Source: Octopus sinensis (lineage: Eukaryota). Taken from it: 9,506 nt of DNA. Under the pieces are notes generated by a model. The model was not told the DNA's origin and made no database searches. It was given only the letters and a program-made list of their open reading frames with translations. Within the stretch, counting starts at the first letter, position 1. Each line of letters opens with the position of its first letter. The DNA is taken from assembly GCF_006345805.1 (NCBI RefSeq), contig NW_021827911.1, positions 1 through 9,506 on the forward strand. The letters run 5' to 3'. Position numbers and translations under genes: made by a program. Positions 1 through 6,896 of the stretch are shown piece after piece.

Positions 1-3000
1 TGCCGGCAGATTGTTCCATGCTTGCGTGTGTATGGAGGGGAGAAATCAGGTGTAGTGTTGGTGAATCTCAGGAAAATGGAGTTTTGAAGGATGCAGTGTT
101 CAGACAATTAACAACTGATGCCGGCAGTTTGTTCCATGCTTGCGTGTATGGAGGGGAGGAATCAGGTGTAGTGTTCGTGAATCTCAGGAAGAATGGAAGT
201 TTTGAAGGATGCAGTGCTCAGACAATTAACAACTGATGCCTGCAGTTTTGTTCCATGCTTGATTGTATGGAGGGCAGGAAATCAGGTGTAGTGTTGGTGA
301 ATCTCAGGAAGAATGGAAGTTTTGAAGGATGCAGTGCTCAGACACATAACAACTGATGCCGGCAGGTTGTTCCATGCTTGAGTGTGTAGGAGGGGAGGAA
401 ATCAGGTGTAGTGTTTGAATCTCAGGAAGAATGGAAGTTTTGAAGGATGCAGTGCTCAGACAATTAACAACTGATGCCGGCAGTTTGTTCCATGCTTGAG
501 TGTGTATGGAGGGGAGGAATCAGGTGTAGTGTTGGTGAATCTCAGGAAGAATGGAAGTTTTGAAGGTTGCAGTGCTCAGACAATTAACAACTGATGCCGG
601 CATTTGTTCCATGCTTGCTGTGTATGGAGGGGAGAAATCAGGTGTAGTGTTGGCGAATCTCAGGAAGAATGGAAGTTTTGAAGGATGCCGTGCTCAGACA
701 ATTAACGACTGATGCCGGCAGTTTGTTCCATGCTTGCGTGTGTATGGAGGGAGGAAATCAGGTGTAATGTTGGTGAATCTCAGGAAGAATGGAGTTTTGA
801 AGGATGCAGTGCTCAGACAATTAACAACTGATGCCGGCAGTTTGTTCCATGCTTGCGTGTGTATGGAGGGGAGGAAATCAGGTGGTAGTGTTGGGTGATC
901 TCAGGAAGAATGGAAGTTTTGAAGGATGCAGTGCTCAGACACATTAACAACTGATGCCGGCAGTTTTGTTCCATGCTTGAGTGTGTATGGAGGGGAGGAA
1001 ATCAGGTGTAGTGTTGGTGAATCTCAGAAGAATGGAAGTTTTGAAGGATGCAGTGCTCAGACAATTAACAACTGATGCCGGCAGTTTGTTCCATGCTTGA
1101 GTGTGTATGGAGGGGAGAAATCAGGTGTAGTGTTGGTGAATCTCAGAAGAATGGAAGTTTTGAAGGATGCAGTGCTCAGAACAATTAACAACTGATGCCG
1201 GCAGTTTGTTCATGCTTGAGTGTGTATGGAGGGGAGGAAATCAGGTGTACGTTGTTGGTGATCTCAGGAAGAATGGACGTTTTGAAGGTTGCAGTGCTCA
1301 GACAATTAACAACTGATGCCGGCATTTGGTTCCATGCTTGCGTGTGTATGGAGGGGAGGAAATCAGGTGTAGTGTTGGCGAATCTCTCAGAAGAATGGAA
1401 GTTTTGAAGGATGCAGTGCTCAGACAATTAACAACTGATGCCGGCAGTTTGTTCCATGCTTGAGTGTGTATGGAGGGGCGGAAATCAGGTGTAGTGTTGG
1501 TGAATCTCAGGAAGAATGGAAGTTTTGAAGGATGCAGTGCTCAGACAATTAACAACTGATGCCGGCAGTTTGTTCCATGCTTGCGTGTGTATGGAGGGAG
1601 GAAATCAGGTGTAGTGTTGGTGAATCTCAGGAAGAATGGAAGTTTTGAAGGATGCAGTTCTCAGACAATTAACAACTGATGCCGGCAGTTTGTTCCATGC
1701 TTGCGTGTGTATGGAGGGGAGGAAATCAGGTGTAGTGTTGGTGAATATCAGGAAGAATGGAAGTTTTGAAGGATGCAGTGCTGCAACCACTAACAACTGA
1801 TGCCGGCAGTTTGTTCCATGCTTGAGTGTGTATGGAGGGGAGGAAATCAGGTGTAGTGTTGGTGAATCTCAGGAAGAATGGAAGTTTTGAAGGATGCAGT
1901 GCTCAGACAATTAACAACTGATGCCAGCAGTTTGTTCCAAGCTTGAGTGTGTATGGAGGGGAGGAAATCAGGTGTAGTGTTGGTGAATCTCAGGAAGAAT
2001 GGAAGTTTTGAAGGATGCAGTGCTCAGACAATTAAACTGATGCCGGCAGTTTTGTCCTATGCTTGAGTGTGTATGGAGGGGAGGAAATCAGGTGTAGTGT
2101 TGGTGAATCTCAGGAAGAATGGAAGTTTTGAGGATGCAGTGCTCAGACAATTACAACTGATGCCGGCAGTTTGTTTCATGCTTGAGTGTGTATGGAGGGG
2201 AGGAAATCAGTGTGTAGTGTTGGTGAATCACAGGAAGAATGGAAGTTTTGAAGGATGCAGTGCTCAGACAATTAACAACTGATGCCGGCAGTTTGTTCCA
2301 TGCTTGAGTGTGTATGGAGGGGAGGAATCAGGTTGTAGTGTTGGTGAATCTCAGGAAGATGGAAGTTTTGAAGATGCAGTGCTCAGACAATTAACACTGA
2401 TGCCGGGCATTTTGTTCCATGCTTGAGTGTGTATGGAGGGGAGGAAATCAGGTTTAGTTTTGGTGAATCACAGGAAGAATGGAAGTTTTGAAGGATGCAG
2501 TGCTCAGACAATTAACAACTGATGCCGGCAGTTTGTTCCATGCTTGAGTTTGTATGGAGGGGAGGAAATCAGGTGTAGTGTTGGTGAATCTCAGGAAGAA
2601 TGGAAATTTTGAAGGATGCAGTGCTCAGACTATTAACAACTGATGCCGGCAGTTTGTTCCATGCTTGCGTGTGTATGGAGGGGAGGAAATCAGGTGTAGT
2701 GTTGGTGAATCTCAGGAAGGATGGAAGTTTTGAAGGATGCAGTGCTCAGACAATTAACAACTGATGCCGGCAGTTTGTTCCATGCTTGAGTGTGTATGGA
2801 GGGGAGGAAATCAGGTGTAGTGTTGGTGAATCTCAGGAAGAATGGATGTTTTGAAGGATGCAGTGCTCAGACAATTGACAACTGATGCCGGCAGTTTGTT
2901 CCATGCTTGCGTGTGTATGGAGGGGAGGAAATCAGGTGTAGTGTTGGTGAATCTCAGGAAGAATGGAAGTTTTGAAGGATGCAGTGCTCAGACAATTAAC

Positions 3001-4138
3001 AACTGATGCCGGCAGTTTGTTCCATGCTTGAGTCTGTATGGAGGGGAGGAAATCAGGTGTAGTGTTGGTGAATCTCATGAAGAATGGAAGTTTTGAAGAA
3101 TGCAGTGCTCAGACATTAAACACTGATGCCGGCAGTTTGTTCCATGCTTGCGTGTGTATGGAGGGGAGGAAATCAGGTGTAGTTTTGGTGAATCTCAGGG
3201 AGAATGGAAGTTTTGAAGGATGCAGTGCTCAGACAATTAACAACTGATGCCGGCAGTTTGTTCCATGCTTGCGTGTGTATGGAGGGGAGGAAATCAGGTG
3301 TAGTGTTGGTGAATCTCAGGAAGAATGGAAGTTTTGAAGGATGCAGTGCTCAGACAATTAACAACTGATGCCGGCAGTTTGTTCCATGCTTGCGTGTGTA
3401 TGGAGGGGAGGAAATCAGGTGTAGTGTTGGTGAATCTCAGGAAGGATGGAAGTTTTGAAGGATGCAGTGCTCAGACAATTAACAACTGATGCCGGCAGTT
3501 TGTTCCATGCTTGAGTGTGTATGGAGGGGAGGAAATCAGGTGTAGTGTTGGTGAATCTCAGGAAGAATGGAAGTTTTGAAGGATGCAGTGCTCAGACAAT
3601 TAACAAACTGATCCGGCAGTTTGTTCCATGCTTGCTTTGGTATGGAGGGGAGGAAATCAGGTGTAGTGTTGGTGAATCTCAGGAGGATGGAAGTTTTGAA
3701 GGATGCAGTGCTCAGACAATTAACAACTGATGCCGGCAGTTTGTTCCATGCTTGCGTGTGTATGGAGGGGAGGAAATCAGTGTAGTGTTGGTGAATCTCA
3801 GGAAGAATGGAAGTTTTGAAGGATGCAGTGCTCAGACACCATTAACAACTGATGCCGGCAGTTTTGTTCCATGCTTGAGTGTGTATGGAGGGGGGAAATC
3901 AGGTGTAGTGTTGGTGAATCTCAGGAAGGATGGAATTTTGAAGGATGCAGTGCTCACAACAATTAACAACTGATGCCGGCAGTTTGTTCCATGCTTGAGT
4001 TGTATTAGGGGAGGAAATCAGGTGTATTGTTGGTGAATCTCAGGAAGAATGGAAGTTTTGAAGGATGCAGTGCTGCAACCACTAACAACTGATGCCGGCA
4101 GTTTGTTCCATGCTTGAGTGTGTATGGAGGGGAGGAAA

Positions 4139-4258
4139 TCAGGTGTAGTGTTGGTGAATCTCAGGAAGAATGGAAGTTTTGAAGGATGCAGTGCTGCAAC
4201 CACTAACAACTGATGCCGGCAGTTTGTTCCATGCTTGAGTGTGTATGGAGGGGAGGAA
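4139..4258 (-). repeat. Representative subtype B monomer (GTGCT-GCAACCAC-TAAC in place of GTGCT-CAGACAAT-TAAC)
   Basis: An 8-bp block differing at 5 positions, seen in 14 monomers (15, 34-37, 40, 43, 47-50, 53, 56, 72). The minus-strand frame reads SVVSGCSTASFK instead of SVVNCLSTASFK. Confidence 0.95.
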
Positions 4259-4622
4259 ATCAGGTGTAGTGTTGGTGAATCTCAGGAAGGATGGAAGTTT
4301 TGAAGGATGCAGTGCTGCAACCACTAACAACTGATGCCGGCAGTTTGTTCCATGCTTGAGTGTGTATGGAGGGGAGGAAATCAGGTGTAGTGTTGGTGAA
4401 TCTCAGGAAGAATGGAAGTTTTGAAGGATGCAGTGCTGCAACCACTAACAACTGATGCCGGCAGTTTGTTCCATGCTTGAGTGTGTATGGAGGGGAGGAA
4501 ATCAGGTGTAGTGTTGGTGAATCTCAGGAAGAATGGAAGTTTTGAAGGATGCAGTACTCAGACAATTACCAACTGATGCTGGCAGTTTGTTCCATGCTTG
4601 CGTGTGTATGGAGGGGAGGAAA

Positions 4623-4742
4623 TCAGGTGTAGTGTTGGTGAATCTCAGGAAGGATGGAAGTTTTGAAGGATGCAGTGCTCAGACAATTAACAACTGATGC
4701 CGGCAGTTTGTTCCATGCTTGAGTGTGTATGGAGGGGAGGAA
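4623..4742 (-). mobile_element. Representative monomer (subtype A): remnant of a non-LTR retrotransposon (CR1/L2-group LINE) ORF2 C-terminus with stop codon; the same fragment is present in every monomer
   Basis: The minus strand translates to FLPSIHTQAWNKLPASVVNCLSTASFKTSILPEIHQHYT*. This resembles the conserved tail after the RT domain of CR1/L2-group ORF2 proteins (SF.P....WN.LP..V....S...FK..L). Recognised by motif only; no database search was run. Confidence 0.75.
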
Positions 4743-6896
4743 ATCAGGTGTAGTGTTGGTGAATCTCAGGAAGAATGGAAGTTTTGAAGGATGCAGTGCT
4801 GCAACCACTAACAACTGATGCCGGCAGTTTGTTCCATGCTTGAGTTTTATGTTGAGTGTTCTGTGGACTTGGTAGCTGATTGGAATGGAGGAAATCAGGT
4901 TTAGTGTTGGTGAACTCAGGAAGAATGGAAGTTTTGAAGGATGCAGTGCTCAGACAATTAACAACTGATGCCGGCAGTTTGTTCCATGCTTGCGTGTGTA
5001 TGGAGGGGAGGAAATCAGGTGTAGTGTTGTGAATCTCAGGAAGGATGGAAGTTTTGAAGGATGCAGTGCTCAGACAATAACAACTGATGCCGGCAGTTTG
5101 TTCCATGCTAGAGTGTGTATGGAGGGGAGGAAATCAGGTGTAGTGTTGGTGAATCTCAGGAAGAATGGAAGTTTTGAAGGATGCATGCTGCAACCATACA
5201 ACTGATGCCGGCAGTTTGTTCCATGCTTGCGTGTGTATGGAGGGGAGGAAATCAGGTGTAGTGTTTGGTGAACTCAGGAAGGATGGAAGTTTTGAAGGAT
5301 GCAGTGCTCAGACAATTAACAACTGATGCCGGCAGTTTGTTCCATGCTTGCGTGTGTAATGGAGGGGAGGAAATCAGGTTAGTGTTTGAATCTCAGGAAG
5401 AATGGAAGTTTTGAAGGATGCAGTGCTCAGACAATTAACAACTGATGCCGGCAGTTTTTCCATGCTTGAGTGTGTATGGAGGGGAGGAAATCAGGTGTAG
5501 TGTTGGTGAATCTCAGAAGGATGGAAGTTTTGAAGGATGCAGTGCTCACAACAATTAACAACTGATGCCGGCAGTTGTTCCATGCTTGAGTGTGTATGGA
5601 GGGGAGGAAATCAGGTGTAGTGTTGGTGAATCTCAGGAAGAATGGAAGTTTTGAAGGATGCAGTGCTGCAACCCTACAACTGATGCCGGCAGTTTGTTCC
5701 ATGCTTGAGTGTGTATGGAGGGGAGGAAATCAGGTGTAGTGTTGGTGAATCTCAGGAAGAATGGAAGTTTTGAAGGATGCAGTGCTGCAACCACTAACAA
5801 CTGATGCCGGCAGTTTGTTCCATGCTTGAGTGTGTATGGAGGGGAGGAAATCAGGTGTAGTGTTGGTGAATCTCAGGAAGATGGAAGTTTTGAAGGATGC
5901 AGTGCTGCAACCACTAACAACTGATGCCGGCAGTTTGTTCCATGCTTGAGTGTGTATGGAGGGGAGGAAATCAGGTGTAGTGTTGGTGAATCTCAGGAAG
6001 AATGGAAGTTTTGAAGGATGCAGTGCTGCAACCACTAACAACTGATGCCGGCAGTTTGTTCCATGCTTGAGTGTGTATGGAGGGGAGGAAATCAGGTGTA
6101 GTGTTGGTGAATCTCAGGAAGAATGGAAGTTTTGAAGGATGCAGTGCTCAGACAATTAACAACTGATGCTGGCAGTTTGTTCCATGCTTGCGTGTGTATG
6201 GAGGGGAGGAAATCAGGTGTAGTGTTGGTGAATCTCAGGAAGGATGGAAGTTTTGAAGGATGCAGTGCTCAGACAATTAACAACTGATGCCGGCAGTTTG
6301 TTCCATGCTTGAGTGTGTATGGAGGGGAGGAAATCAGGTGTAGTGGTGGTTGAATCTCAGGAAGAATGGAAGTTTTGAAGGATGCAGTGCTGCAACCACT
6401 AACAACTGATGCCGGCAGTTTGTTCCATGCTTGAGTGTGTATGGAGGGGAGGAAATCAGGTGTAGTGTTGGTGAATCTCAGGAAGAATGGAAGTTTTGAA
6501 GATGATGCAGTGCTCAGACATTAACAACTGATGCCGGCAGTTTGTTCCATGCTTGCGTGTGTAGATGGAGGGGAGGAAATCAGGTGTAGTGTTGGTGAAT
6601 CTCAGGAAGGATGGAAGTTTTGAAGGATGCAGTGCTCAGACAATTAACAACTGATGCCGGCAGTTTGTTCCATGCTAGAGTGTGTATGGAGGGGAGGAAA
6701 TCAGGTGTAGTGTTGGTGAATCTCAGGAAGAATGGAAGTTTTGAAGGATGCAGTGCTGCAACCACTAACAACTGATGCCGGCAGTTTGTTCCATGCTTGC
6801 GTGTGTATGGAGGGGAGGAAATCAGGTGTAGTGTTGGTGAATCTCAGGAAAAATGGAAGTTTTGAAGGATGCAGTGCTCAGACAATTAACAACTGA

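Larger units (their letters stand above)
3612..6775. repeat. Tandem duplication of a 13-monomer block (~1.57 kb): monomers 31-43 (3612-5205) and 44-56 (5206-6775)
   Basis: The two blocks have the same subtype order and A/C allele order, and share the private variants CTCACAACAAT, TGCTGG and GCTAGAG. Confidence 0.93.
1..6896. repeat. Higher-order repeat unit of 57 monomers (~6.9 kb), one full period
   Basis: Rare variants in monomers 2-21 recur in the same order in monomers 59-78, about 6.90-6.92 kb downstream. Confidence 0.93.

Noticed and set aside
1834-1845. GGAGG Shine-Dalgarno-like motifs in each monomer
   Set aside because: No correctly spaced start codon with a credible ORF follows, and the context is a eukaryote-style satellite.
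1801-1921. 5S rRNA tandem array (unit length close to 120 nt)
   Set aside because: I see no recognisable 5S sequence, internal box A/C or terminal stem, and there is no non-transcribed spacer between units.
3602-3625. Perfected 9-bp inverted repeat AACAAACTG…CAGTTTGTT at the start of the 13-mer block
   Set aside because: It is seen once, in a noisy stretch, and is not shared by the paralogous junction near 5206, so it is likely an error.
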